Source: Trichosphaerium sp. ATCC 40318
Taxonomy: Eukaryota > Protista > Tubulinea
Direction: 5' to 3'
Length of the DNA: 64,000 bases
NCBI GenBank assembly: GCA_038496445.1
Contig: JALMLS010000085.1
Coordinates: 1 to 64,000 of the forward strand
In this document: positions 26,201 through 39,721 of the stretch, piece after piece
Position numbering within the stretch: position 1 is the first letter of the stretch
Layout of the letters: each line of letters begins with the position of its first letter
Translations under genes and position numbers: made by a program
Notes under the pieces: generated by a model
The model's input: only the letters and a program-made list of their open reading frames with translations
Database searches by the model: none
Told to the model about the DNA's origin: nothing

Positions 26201-27716
26201 CTCTTGAGTACACTGTTAGAAATACTGATTGATTAACAAACTATTCTTTTCGCGTACGATTGCAGAACCAGCAAGGTAATCACAAAGTGGTGCCCATTCA
26301 GGATTATCAAGCAACGCGCGTAGTCTGAGGTCAGGCTCTTGGTCTTTACCCAAAACACAGATTTTAGTATCACGCAAACTGTGACCAGCGTTATCGTGAT
26401 CCTAACATAGCTATTAGTTTCAAGAAAAATAACAACAAAAAAAAAAGACGTACAGGATGATAAAATTCACTCAAGAAATCTCTAACACTGTGTGCAGAAA
26501 CATTACCAGTCAATACTACATGAGGGTACGATGTAGAGAAGCGTTTATGGTAGTAACGCACAGCTAAGGAAAGATTAAACAAAACAACCAGCAATAAAAG
26601 CTCATACCTTTGTTCTCAGCGTACAGATCGATCAAAGCTGACAATTGCGCTGGGATAGCGACGATAGTGAGCAAAATGATCCACATAACGGCAAATCTGG
26701 ACCAATTGGTAGAACCAGAGATATCACCATAACCGACAGTACTGAAGGTCTTGTATGTTAAGGATTTGCAAAACAAAACAAAACAAAAAAAAGATGAGAA
26801 GTACTCTCATTGAGAGTTATAAAGAGGATACGACAATGGTGAAATAGAGAGAGTCGTAAAAGTTATCAATAACTGGTGCTGGGGAGTCATTGATTTCAAT
26901 AACGAAAAACAAACCAGCAGAACAGAAAATCAAGGTGACTACAATCAAGGCGAGCTGTACACCTGCGTGCCAGATTTTCTCCCTAAAACAAATAGTTAGA
27001 TTCAGTTCACTCTTAGAAAACCTATTTTTTGCGTACCTGACGACCTTCAAGTCTCTTGTATGTGGTAGGAACTTGACTCTGTTCCAGAAAATCAACAACC
27101 GAACAGACGTTAAGAAATCTAAATCAACTTTCTTCACATCCAAAAAAATAGTCGTGACGATTATATACGTGACTATCGGATTCATTTGAAAAAAGTAAGT
27201 CTTTCTAGGGAGTTAGGAATTAGTCTACAAGTTTGCATAACAAGCTCTATATAAGCGTACATGTGTCTGGCAGCTACTAGATGGAGTAGAAAATCGATAA
27301 TGTAAAGACATGCAAAAACAATTCTCACAATCCTTCTTCCGTTGTTGAATGCTTCTGAACTATCCTCATAGAAAGTACCAAACACGTAAAAGATCATGTT
27401 AAAAATTACGACCACAGTGAAACCAATTTCCTATTCTTGTTAGCCAACGAGCTCGTACTCACTCAAAAATCACTACAAAGCTGTGTTTTCTAAACCAAAC
27501 GTACCCAGACTTCACCAAAAACAGATTCTTTCAAGCCCACGCCAAGGCGTCTACGGTACTTGGCCCATAGGCTTACAGATGCTCTCGCTAACGTAGATGT
27601 TGAGTTCCTATTAAAGAGAGCGTATAATGCATACCATTTTGGGTCTCGAAACCTATTTCAAACGAGTCCTCGTCAATGTCGATGAGGGGCACTTCCTCTA
27701 CAACGTCATTACTCAT
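23250..27716 (-). CDS. BK/Slo-type potassium channel with RCK domains
   Basis: Six TM segments, FYDSLYFTIV|TFSTVGYGDI pore, PHVVLTGNV...FLSEFYHP (RCK1), GHIIIAG (RCK2), YAAGHLF, CLPLALYR and PYVFVNP. Confidence 0.92.
26750..26831 (-). other. U12-type (minor spliceosome) GT-AG intron
   Basis: 5' end GTATCCTCT; branch site TCCTTAAC 7 nt before the exon; removal restores FTIV-TFSTVGYG. Confidence 0.75.
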
Positions 27717-28079
27717 TTCGCTAAAGTCGTTTGAGTAAGTGATAGTGTGAATACTGCGAAAAGGTTCCGAGGTTTTTCGTTGCGCTTAGCGTGAGGATAA
27801 AGTTTTAACAAAGCGTTGTGAACAAATTAACCCCAAAACGAAATAGAGCAACAGTCTACTGATGTACAAACAAGAATCTATGGTTTTTTGTACAGTTTAC
27901 CGCTCTTACGAGCTGTGGAAAAAAAAAGTAAAGTAGACAGTACGTACTATGCGCTTCTCTCACTCAAAAACAAAGAAAGGTGGTGCGAGCACTTGAACGG
28001 AAGTTGTTCTGGTGAAAATAAGAAAGCTATTGACAAATGGGACGCAAATTGTGCCCTTAGTTTAAAAAGTTTTTTTGCG

Positions 28080-31000
28080 ATGTTGCGACTACGAGTGTGT
28101 GCGTCACAGAGCGCTCGATTGACAAAACTGTCTGTTAGTAAATCTCGATGTTACGTAACAATGAGCAATTACGACACAGCTGTGCTAAACTACGACCACA
28201 TTGCCAAAAATATACAAGAAGCACGTCAGCAAGTAAAGAGACCTTTCACATACGCTGAGAAAGTGTTGTATGGCCATCTTCTTCGCCCTAGCACTCAAGA
28301 TCTCACTGGCTATCTCTCTTTGCGCCCAGGTAACATTTTCGCGCTACAGATGTCACAGAATTAACATTTATATTAGATCGCGTTGCTATGCAAGATGCAA
28401 GCGCCCAAACAGCTATTCTACAAGTATGTCACAATTTTGTGCAAACAATTTTCTCTAAATCGCTTAGTTCATGTTGTGTGGCAGAGAAAAGACTGCTGTA
28501 CCCAGCAGGTGCGAGAAATAACTTATTTTAAACTAATCAAGCCCAAGCGTACACTGTGATCACTTAATCGTCGCAAACAAAGGCGCAGACCAAGATGTCA
28601 AAGATTCCATTACGGAAAATTCCGAAGTCTTCGATTTCTTGCAATCAGCAGCTCAAGTACGTACCCTTTTGAACCAAAACAAAGAATCTACGCGTTTCTA
28701 AAGAGTTTAAAAGAAATTTGGCATGGGATTTTGGAAACCTGGCTCAGGAATCATTCATCAAATCGTTTTGGAAAACTACGCATTCCCAGGTGGTTTAATG
28801 ATAGGTAATATAATTCTTTGGCGTGTTTTACATGTTTATGATATCTATAGGTACTGATTCACATACTCCTAACGGCGGTGGACTCGGTATGATTGCCATT
28901 GGTGTTGGTGGTACGATAGTTTTTTGAAAGAAAATGTTTTTCTTGTTTTGTTTGGGACTCTCGCTTATGAATGGTGTTCATAGGTGCCGATGCTGTTGAT
29001 GCTATGGCTGGTATTGGATGGGAATTAAAGAGCCCAAAAGTATTGGGAGTTAAATTGACAGGAAAGATGAATGGATGGACTGCACCAAAAGATGTTATTT
29101 TAGCTCTCGCCGGAAAATTAACTGTAAAAGGTTCGTCTTCTTCTTTGTGATAGTAGGCTAACATCTTTGCAAAGGCGGAACAGGGCGTATTATTGAATAC
29201 TTTGGACCTGGCGTTGAGAGTATCAGTTGTACTGGTATGGCAACTATTTGTAACATGGGGTACACTTGTTTTCAGACACATTTTATTTACTAACAATCAC
29301 TAGTGCTGAGGTTGGTGCAACAACGTCTATCTTCCCATTTACTGAGTCCATGGCTCGCTACTTAAAAGCTACGCATCGTGGAGATATTGCAGACTTGGCA
29401 TTAAAGAATAAAGAAATATTGACAGCCGACAAGGTACTCTATAAGTTACTTTTAACTAAAATTTTATAACTACCCTTTTGGCTTACTGTTGCATGAATAG
29501 GGTGCTGAAGAGTACTATGAGGAAATAATTGAAATAAATTTGGATGAATTGGAACCTCACGTGAATGGCACGTGGGAGTGTGTCTATTTGGGAATATAAA
29601 TTAACTCGTTTGTTTAGGTCCTTTCACACCAGATAAATCTCATCCATTGTCGAAATTCGCAGAGGCTGTTAAACAAAACAATTGGCCTGATACACTTTCA
29701 GCTGCTCTAATTGGAAGTTGCACAAATAGCAGTTACCAAGATATGGGACGTTCAGCATCTGTAGCTGACCAAGCGAGCGAAAAGGTCCGTTATTGTAAAC
29801 ATAACAGATTTTGCTAATGTATTTTAGGGCTTAAAAACAAATTGCGACTTTTATGTCACTCCTGGTTCAGAACAAATTCGTGCTACCATTTCAAGAGATG
29901 GACAACAAAAGTCCTTTGAAAATATTGGTGCGAGTGTACTCGCTAATGCATGTGGACCATGTATTGGACAGGTACTCTAACTACAAAAACACAACTTTTT
30001 TTTACTTATTCGTTTTGTTAGTGGAACAGAAAAGATGTTAAAAAGGGAACTTCTAACTCTATCATTTCTTCATACAATCGTAACTTTGCTGGTCGAAATG
30101 ATGGTAACACAAAGACTCACGCATTCGTTGCATCACCTGAAGTACCTTAAAAAACTACCAAATATATTTCTTCTTGCTAATACGATTTGCTATCTTAGCT
30201 TGTAACAGCGATGGCAGTTGCCGGTAAGATTACATTCAACCCAATGAAAGATACCCTGAAGACTCCTTCTGGTGAGGAATTCACATTTAAACCACCATAT
30301 GGTGAAGAGCTACCAACAAGTGGATTTGATAAAGGAACAGTACGAAACAGAAAAAAAATTACTTTATTTTTTTTACACAAAGACACCTAGGACACGTATT
30401 TGGCGCCACCTGAAGACTCATCAAACGTAAATATAAGTATTGATCCAAAAAGTACCCGCCTACAAGAGATGGCAGCATTCCCAGGTGAGGCTTCAAGACC
30501 TGATTATTTTTTTATGTAATCGCGAATTAACGTATATTCTTCAAGCTTGGGATGGACAGGATTTTGTGGATATGCCAATTTTGATTAAAGTAAGAGGAAA
30601 ATGCACTACAGGTACTAGATACTACATTATTTTTTCAAACATTCACGTGACTCATTCACGTGTTTTTTTATAGATGCAATTTCTCCAGCTGGCGTGTGGT
30701 TGAAGTATAAGGGACACTTGGAGAACCTTGCTGAGAACACTCTAATTGGTGCTATCAATGATGAAAATAGAACAGCTAATTGTGTTAAAAACCACTTTAC
30801 TTTAAAGGAGGGTACCGTACCTGAAGTTGCAAAACAATACAAAGAAATGAAAAAACCTTGGGTAGTAATCGGAGACGAAAACTACGGTGAAGGTACAAAG
30901 TTAACTTAATTTGTTGTTTCTTTAACACATATAGGTTCCGCCAGAGAACATGCTGCATTGCAGCCAAGATTCTTGGGATGTAAAGCTATAGTATCAAGAA

Positions 31001-31562
31001 GTTTCGCACGTATTCACGAAACTGTAAGTTCAGTTTGAAACTTATTTTGTTTGGTTTTTTTTTGAACTTACCCTTTCTTAAAGAACTTGAAAAAACAAGG
31101 TGTCTTGCCTTTGACTTTTGCGAATCCAAAAGATTATGAAAAGATTGGTGGTACAGACTTAGTTTCTATTATTGGCCTCAAAGACATCCAACCTGGGAAA
31201 CCATTAACAATGAAGGCATGCAACAACAAACTTTTCTTCTTCTTCGCAAAAAATCCAAAATTACTTTTTGCTTTCTTCTTGGGCAACCTTGTAATTATTT
31301 TACTATCCACGCTTATCAATTCACCACTCACCCATCCCATGTTCCATGCTGTGTTACAGCACACATTTATTATTATTTTAAGTTTGTTTTTTTGGACTTG
31401 TTTTTTTTTGTTTTCTTCTTACGGACTTGTCAGGTTGTTCATGATAAGACAAATACAACATCAACATTTACAGTAAATCAAACACTCAATGAACTACAAA
31501 TTGAATGGTTCAAAGCAGGTAGTGCACTGAACTATGTTGCGTCATCCTTAAAGGATGCATAA
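28080..31562 (+). CDS. Mitochondrial aconitase-family enzyme, Aco2/homocitrate dehydratase-like
   Basis: Presequence; [59 protein letters not shown] and [12 protein letters not shown]. Confidence 0.95.
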
Positions 31563-32445
31563 AACAAAAAATAAATGACTTGAAACAAAAAAGGCTTTAT
31601 ACAGTAGAATCGTTCTTCCAGCTGTGCACAATAAGCCACAGTATTGTTTACAGTAACATACGTTAACCAAACATGCTTTCAGTTACATGTTTTACAGTCG
31701 CCTCCTGAAAGCTCTTGCCACCTATCAAAACAAGGGCACCTGAACAGTATAAAACCCTTAATGAGATCCTAACTTTGTGAGTTTGCTTCAAGTAATAGTT
31801 CATCGCAGTTCCGTCACAGTAGAGTTTGTGCTAAAGCTACAAACATCAAATCCTTGCAACTCTCAACGAGATTGCAACGTAAATATAAAAAAAGACCCAT
31901 ACAGGCGAACCTGCAAATCATAACCGTTGTGAGAATAAATTACTAATGGATCTGGAACAAATACAAAACATACTCTTTTTCAACACTCTCGCTGGATTAA
32001 TAAAACTAATTGTGGTAAACATAAAAACACGTTGTCAGCATCCTAGTAGCCAAATAAGAATACTTATGATGTCTTTTCATATTTTCACAAAAGCAGAAAA
32101 CTACCTATTTTTTGAGCAGTGTTTGGGCTATGTCTCAATCTAGCAAAGCCAAAACTCCTTTCCAATATGATGATTAAGTATACTACGCATGGACAGTCCA
32201 ACCGTGAGTGCCTGTTTGTTGGTCCTACGTCAAAAATGATATGGTTCCATTAGTTGTCTTTGAGTGTGATAAAACTAACTGCGCGATGTGCTGCGTAACC
32301 AAACTAGTGTATTCGCAAGGTGGAATTCAAGCAAGTCACTTTCTAACCGTTATTGTGAGTGGTGATCCTAAAACTGCCCAAAACAAAGCGACATCCAAAC
32401 AAAACAGAAAAATATCCAAACAAGTTTTGAAAAAAGTATTGTTTA

Positions 32446-33864
32446 TCACGTGTACTTTGTAAAATAAATTCTACAATGCATCATCATCCTTTCAATGTAC
32501 GTCTCCAGTTTACCTTGGAGTGTATTCTGCCTCTTAATAATAGATATAACCTCTTCAAAACCTTCTCCTCCATCTTTCATTGCGAGTTTTAGCGGAGTCC
32601 ACTCGCCATTCTCAACATTCACATCCAAACCATACTTTAGAAGCGCTTGAAGAGTTTTCGGCCTGTTCATCTCAGAATTCTTATGAGCCATAGTGAACCC
32701 GTTAGAATCTCTCTGGTTTACGTCTATATTATGCTCTGAATAGAGGTACTCCATTGTCTTTTCAACACATTGGCTGGCAGCAGCTTGAAAGGCAGAAACA
32801 TCTTTATCGTTTATGTCAGCTCCGTTATCAATCAAATACTTGAAGACACTTAAATCAGGATCACTGTTACTCATAGCATAGAAACTCAAAGGAGTGAGCA
32901 CTAATTCCTTGGACTTAATGTTAATATCAACACCTTTGTCAAGTATCGCATCTATATTCTTCTTGTCTTCTACTGAAGCTGCAACATGAAGTGTTGTAAG
33001 ACTGTGAAGTGAAGTTGATTCGAGCTCATCTTTTGTTTTTGTCTTTATAACATCGTAAGCTTCATTTGTCTTTCCTGAGAGAAGGAGTATATGACTCTCG
33101 CAAGTTGAGCGCAAAGGAAAATCAACATTTATCCTCTCAGCTTTTTCTTGTGAGGCGTATAGAACCTTGTGTCCATATAATCCAAATAACTCATAGCATA
33201 TACTCTCCATTGTCTTCTTGTCGGTGTACATATCTTCATTTTTACCTTCAAGTGGAGCACATGCACGTGGAGAATTGAACACATAACTTTTTATGATAAA
33301 GTCAATGCAATCTTCCAATCTTTCTTTCAGTGTAGGTAACATGTCTTTGTTACGGTGTAATTTCTTTAAGTGTATCATGTCATCCTTTATTTCTGTTTCA
33401 GCTATAAAGCAAACTTGTGCTTTCCAGCTATGTCCAAAGTACATGTTGTTGTCATAATGGTAAACAACCCATTTATCTTCCATTACTTCTGGTCTGAAGA
33501 GTTGTCCATCTTGGAAATTAGGAACCACTTTATACGACAAATTAATATCACGTGACTCCAACCGGTTGTCTTTTAATAATTGCTCAGTTTGAGCTATAAA
33601 CTCACGTCCAGTTCTCTTTGCCCAGCTTATACTATTCCGTGCATCTTCAGCACTCTTCGAAAAAGAAACTAGCGAGTGCGTTATTGGTGTTGGGTCAAGT
33701 GTTCTAACTTTAAACGGTGACTCCTCTGCCGTAAGCCACACGGGAGGCTTTTTGGGTTGTTTTGAATTACTTGTACACATTAGTCGCCTTGGTACCGCCT
33801 GTTTACCGGTGGTTACGCGTTGAAATGCCCAGCGAGCATATTTCGAAGAGCTATACCGAATCAT
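32446..33864 (-). CDS. Intronless 472-aa protein: mitochondrial presequence, MEDKW-motif domain, ankyrin repeats
   Basis: Arg/Ser-rich, acid-free N-terminus; PEVMEDKWVVYHYDNNMYFGHSW; ankyrin repeats TTLHVAA, TPLSFYA, GFTMAH and WTPLKLA. Confidence 0.85.
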   Translation of the reverse strand: MIRYSSSKYARWAFQRVTTGKQAVPRRLMCTSNSKQPKKPPVWLTAEESPFKVRTLDPTPITHSLVSFSKSAEDARNSISWAKRTGREFIAQTEQLLKDNRLESRDINLSYKVVPNFQDGQLFRPEVMEDKWVVYHYDNNMYFGHSWKAQVCFIAETEIKDDMIHLKKLHRNKDMLPTLKERLEDCIDFIIKSYVFNSPRACAPLEGKNEDMYTDKKTMESICYELFGLYGHKVLYASQEKAERINVDFPLRSTCESHILLLSGKTNEAYDVIKTKTKDELESTSLHSLTTLHVAASVEDKKNIDAILDKGVDINIKSKELVLTPLSFYAMSNSDPDLSVFKYLIDNGADINDKDVSAFQAAASQCVEKTMEYLYSEHNIDVNQRDSNGFTMAHKNSEMNRPKTLQALLKYGLDVNVENGEWTPLKLAMKDGGEGFEEVISIIKRQNTLQGKLETYIERMMMHCRIYFTKYT

Positions 33865-34374
33865 TGTTGGTTCTGTCGTGCTATTCTTGTAGACAGAAAC
33901 TTTGCCAAAAAGACAACAATTCGCATTCAGAGAATACTAGTTTACTCCTACAACTTTCTCAACTTTTGTTCTGACCTCCTTGCATGACATAACATTTGCT
34001 TACCTATTAAGGTACGAGTGGATATCTTATGGTGCTCCTCTTGCTTCAATAAGCACAAACATTGGTTAGATTCCACGGTAAGATGGATAAAAAACGACTT
34101 ACTCTGAAGCTTGCATGTGTTTTATGAAATACAGCTAAAGTAACGCCAGCCGAAGTCTTTGTCGTTATATAAAAAAATAGTCAAAAAGAAGTGAACTTCT
34201 AAATCGGGCTGTAAAAACTCATAAGAATTATCTCACCTACTCAAGTATAGTGCTGTCTGCAATAACACACGGTTTTTAGTTTCAAACTAGCCGTCAACGG
34301 AAATCGTTTGTTTGTTTGACACAAGCGACGGCAAATGTCCGTTTGTTCACCTTCCACATGATTATTAAGCGTAG

Positions 34375-37300
34375 ATGTCCAGTAAAGATATAAAACAAGC
34401 TTCTGAGGTAAAAATTTGTACCAAACGTCATTTGATAGTAGTGTTTATACCGTCCAGGAGGTTGTAACGCCTTCCGTACATGATTTAGCAATCAAAAAGC
34501 AATTTGATCAATTGTGGCCAGTTTTGACGCGAGATAAGCGTGAATGTGGTACTAAAAATGAGTTTGGAGGTACTTGTAACCAACATTACATTCTGTAAAC
34601 ATTTTAAGTAAATTTCTATCGTTAACAAGCCCTATAGAAACAATACTACATGTTGCTGTGCGTCACGGTTGTGAAGACGCTCTAATAAAAAAGGTAACAA
34701 CAGAAATTAAAAAGAGACGCGTCAATAGCGAAATTTTGCCCCTTCTACCTCAATGTAGTTTGCGGAGCGTAATTGATGTTATTTCCGCCGCCTTTTGAAA
34801 ATTCATTCACCAAAAACATTGGTATTTATTAACTTGAATAAGCTTATTACGCATGGCTGTGATGTAAACGCAAAGTCTAACTGCGGTTTGACACCATTAC
34901 ATTTAACTAGAAGGACTTCCACGGCTAGAGTGTTATTACGTCATAACGCTACCTTAGACGCCAAGGTACGTATAAAGGAATGACATTGTGACACTTACTG
35001 ACACTTTAAAGGATTTTTGGGGATTTACACCTCTACATGCGGCTCTAGTAGACGGAGAAGAATACAATCAACTTGTATCGCTATACTTGGCGAGGTTGGG
35101 ATCTTTTTAGAATATCTCTGAGTTCTTTTCCCTTTTTTTGCTTTAAAATACCCTTAACTGTTTTTAAGGGGCGCCAGTGTCACTACGACTACGTCTGCTG
35201 GTTTATCACCACTTCATCTCATTAAAAATAAAACGGCGTTGTATTTACTTCTAAAGAAGAACCCAAGCCTCGACATTAACGCCAAGGTTAGTTCCTACTA
35301 AACACGTTTTTTTATGTTTCTGGCTCTTACTTTGTTTTAAACTACTAGGACGCCTTTGGTAACACTCCTGTACATATATTGGCACTTAGGATTCCTTCTA
35401 TCGGACCATTGAAGGCCCAGATTAGACAAGTAAGTGAGACCTTGGCTAAGAACCCTTCTTGTTAGTGTTAATCACCCTTTTAGTTGATAAAGGTGTTGGA
35501 AGAAAAAGGCGCTGATATAACCCTAGAGAGTAATGATGGTGTCACTGCAACGCATTATATTAGAATGAGATCTAAGAATCCTCTTTCTGAAGCTTACATT
35601 GGAAAGGAAATTGGGTGAGCAATGTGACAACCAAAATGTCAATTAATCATCTATGCTGTTAATTCAATGAATATTGTTAACTCTAATTCTTAGGTTATCT
35701 GCACGTTACGCTTATTTATTTATTCGCAGTAACAAGATTCGATTAAGTACGTATCATTTTATCAGAAACAATTAACAGGCTGTCCAAGAAAGAGCTTTGC
35801 GAGAGTAACAAACCAAACTTTTTTTGTTTTTTTGTTTCAACTCATCATTTCGAGGAGAATTAACATTGCCAACCTAACAAACTGACTCTTTGTAGCACAA
35901 ACTCAAGCTTTTACTATCTCACGTTTCCAGAGTATTCTAAAAGGCACATCATTAAGTGCTTCTGGTACCACTGCTAATAGCAAACATGAGACAAGGTAAC
36001 AACTGAACCTACACTCTAAACTCGGCTAACTTTTCAAAAAAAAAGCAAGGATTCACTTCTTCATGTTGCAGCAGCTGTCCGTGATGATAAATCTATAAAA
36101 TACTTATTAAAGAAAAACGCTAAACTTAACCCTGTCAATAATCAAGGCTTTACACCATTACACGTCGTAAGCAACTTATTTTTTTATCAAATTTATAAAT
36201 ATCTCTCTGAGAGGCTTAACTTGTCTAATTTTAGGCTTGCACTATGGGTAACTTGAACGCAGCAAATAGTCTTATTGGAAAGAAAGCTAAACTAAATATA
36301 TTGTACGTAGGATTAAGAAGAAACCAATTTTTTTTGTTAAGTGAGACAAAACAAAAACCCTTATTGCTTAATTTAGAACAAAAGGCGGTGAGTCACCTTT
36401 GTTTCTGTCAATGCAACATAAACACATCGATATATCTAAACTCCTTGTTGACAATAACGCTGATATTGGCGCAAAGGCTGGATCCTCTGATTTTAATTTA
36501 CTCAGTAAGTAACATCTATTATTGTCAATAGTTTTAACGATACCCTTTTTGTTCAGTGTACTGCATCTCTACAGCTAACAAAGAGGCTGTATCTTTGCTT
36601 GAATCAAAGAAAGTCAGCATTGATCTTATGAGTGTAAGCAAGGATTCTTTATTCAATTATGCATGCTCTCTAGCGAGGACAGGAAATAAATCAAAACTGG
36701 AAGAAGTCTTAAAAGCAAGCAATGACGTACTTCATCAAACAATAGAACGTAAGTCCTTTATTGTTTATTCTACTTCCTAATTTCGTATGCTAGCGTCTGG
36801 AACAACATTGTTGATGTTAGCAGCGGAGCATGGGCATCTCAAAGTCATCAAAATGCTTCTTAAATTGAAAGTGGATGTTAATAAACAGAGATCGCTTCAG
36901 CAAAATGCTATTTTGATTGCAGGTGCGTTGTAACCATTTACACTCCCCTTCAGTATCCTGTTAACTTATCATTAACATTAACATCTTATAGCGCATAAGA
37001 AACAGTGGCACGTGGTTGAGTACTTGATTGAGAATCGTCAAAAGTGGTCACTTGTACCAAACACAAGAGATGGCAAAGGCGATACTGTTTTGCACTTGAT
37101 TGCTGAAAATGGAGGTACAATATTTCTCTTGACGTGATCTCATGTGACTCTTTTATTTTAGGCCCTGCTAAATTGGTAAATGCTGCCATAGTATCATTGG
37201 GTATTGCCATAGACGATAGGAACAATAAAGGTAAATGCTAAAATCAGGAAAAAAAGCTAATATGAAAAAAGGCATCACACCAGCTGACATCACATCTTTT

Positions 37301-39721
37301 AATGGTCACGTTCATGTACTAAAGAAACTTATTGATAATGGAGCAAATGTAAACTCCCAGTGTAAATCTGGATGGACTCCATTACACTATGCTTGCTACA
37401 TGGGTCGACACGAGGTAAACACTACCTTTCAAAGTATTCCATAATAAATTACCCTGTAGGTTGTTAAGTGTCTGCTGGAAAACAAGGCTAGTACAGCTGT
37501 AAAGAATTACAACCAGAAGAGTATTCCACTCGTTACAGCTATACGATGTGGAAGTGTAAAATGCGCTGAATTAATTCTACAACACGAAAAGGCACTACGG
37601 TACGATCCTATCATTTGCTGTTTGAGGAAAAAAATCACATTGAAAAAAAAAAAGTATCACGTGATTAAAGTCTATAAATAGGGGCGATGCTGACTTAGTT
37701 TCTTCAACTTTAATGGAAGAAGCTGCCGCTGCAAAGAAGGTATGAGTGTATGAATAACAAGGTTGATTCATTGATTGTTTTTAGGATCGCGAACAGCTCC
37801 TTACGTTGTTGTTTCAATACGGAGGATTTGCTACACGAGAAGCGCTCATTGAAGCTCTCAAGTATGATCCTACTTTCGTTAACTTTACTCAGATTAATAC
37901 GTTTACTAGGGCACAAGATGCTTCTACAATGCAGCTACTTCTTAGAGAAGGAGTTAGAACTAACAGTCCGATTCAAATCGATCAACTGATTCTTGAGTAT
38001 GCTTCTCAGATTTGGAATCCACAAATTTTAAGGACATTATTGAATCATACAGCAAAAGCAGAGGTTGATTATAAGAGCTTGGTGGAGAAAGCTATAATGG
38101 CGGATAAACACTTTGACAAAGATAAGGTACATAGCACATAAACTAAGTGATCCTCGATCTTTAATTTAACTTGGCTATTTTTATCAAGGTCAAGGACTTT
38201 ATGGAAATTTTTCTACTTGAGCAACAAGCACCAGTCTTTAATCACTCGATTGAACAAATATTAAACTTGGAAGATGAGAAGCTTAATTTACTCTCTTTTT
38301 TCATAAAACGAGGAGCTAAAGTCACAACTAACATGGTACGTTAACCTACACGCACAAAGAGAAATTTTAAAAACTGGGCAAGAATACCACTGACTTTTTT
38401 CACAAAAGCTGAAATTGGCGATTTCCAAGGGAAAGGTGGAGAGTCTGGAGTATCTATTAGAGTTCATGGATAATAAAGAGTACACTGGAGATCTTTTACA
38501 TACAGCTATAGATTCTGTAGTAACACTAAAGCCTCAACCAACAAATGTTCTTGAAGTTCTGTTGGATAAATGGCCCGATAAAATAAACGAACGGAGTTCA
38601 AAGAACAACAGAGCGCTTATCGTACGTTAAATCATATTAGTGCTTTAAAGCTATTTCTAAGATACTATGTAGGGTGCTGCTTTGTTGTATGGTCTTGATG
38701 ACATAATAAGGGTCCTCATAGAACGTGGTGCAATGTTTTATTGTTCATTAGATAAAACGTCTATTAATAATTCAGCAGCACGTGCGTCATGATGGTTAAG
38801 TTTATGATAAAACTCTAATTATCTTTTTAGCAACCGCAAAGGTATTAATGCAACCATCTGCAGAGTCACTATTACCCACAGCACACATGACTGGGTTTAT
38901 GTGGAAGAAAGGGTAATTTATTTTTTTGTTGTTGTTTGGTACTGTTCGTGAGAACGTTAGAAACGTTATCCAATGAGAACACAAGTGAAGGACCTTTCTT
39001 ATATCTGGCACTATTGTGCAGAGTTCTAAGAGTGTATCCAGAATTTTGTTAAAGCCTGACTTTTGTTGTGACGTTTCTAACGTTTTTCTACAGTAAAAGT
39101 GAAAAAAGCTGTGTTTGCTGTTTGGTTTTTTGTTGACTTTTTCTTAGGTATAAACTACTCAAAAGTTGGCGTAAACGATATATGGTTTTATCAGGACTTA
39201 ATATATTCTATTATAAAACAGAAAACGATATGGAACCTCTTGGTAACATACCACTGTTTGAAACAAAAATTCTGGATTCTTCAAAATTCCCGGATAGAAA
39301 AGCAGGATTATTCCAAATCTACCATCCTGACAGGTACCTCTACCAACAATATCAATAATTTTGCCTTTCTCTTCTTCCTGATTACTCAAGTATTATTGTA
39401 TAGGCGTGTGTTCTATGTCCAAGCGGATACAGCTGAAGAAAAGAAGAAATGGACAAGTACAATCAAGCGTGTTTTGAAACTTGCTGGTTGTGATCCTTCT
39501 CCAGATAAAGCATTACAAGGTACATAATTAACAAAGTATCAAGAAAAGCGTTAAAAACAGAAAGTCCACTGATTTGTTTACTGGAAAATCCTGGTGTTGC
39601 AACCCTAAAACTTGCTGCAAGCTGTTTGCGATATGTCAATGTTTTTTTTTTGTTTTCTTTCTCACGTGTACATTTTTTTTAATATGAAATCATAGCTTCC
39701 ATTGATAAAGGAGATTTGTAG
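34375..39721 (+). CDS. Multi-ankyrin-repeat protein with a C-terminal PH domain (one internal junction unresolved)
   Basis: Many TPLH/GxTPLH ankyrin exons; PH domain HMTGFMWKKG-YKLLKSWRKRYMVL...YYKTENDMEPLGNIPL...RVFYVQADTAEEKKKWTSTI. Confidence 0.82.

Noticed and set aside
38770-38830. Apparent GCACGT GC donor in the ankyrin-PH gene
   Set aside because: The frame is kept by the canonical GTGCGT donor four bases downstream.
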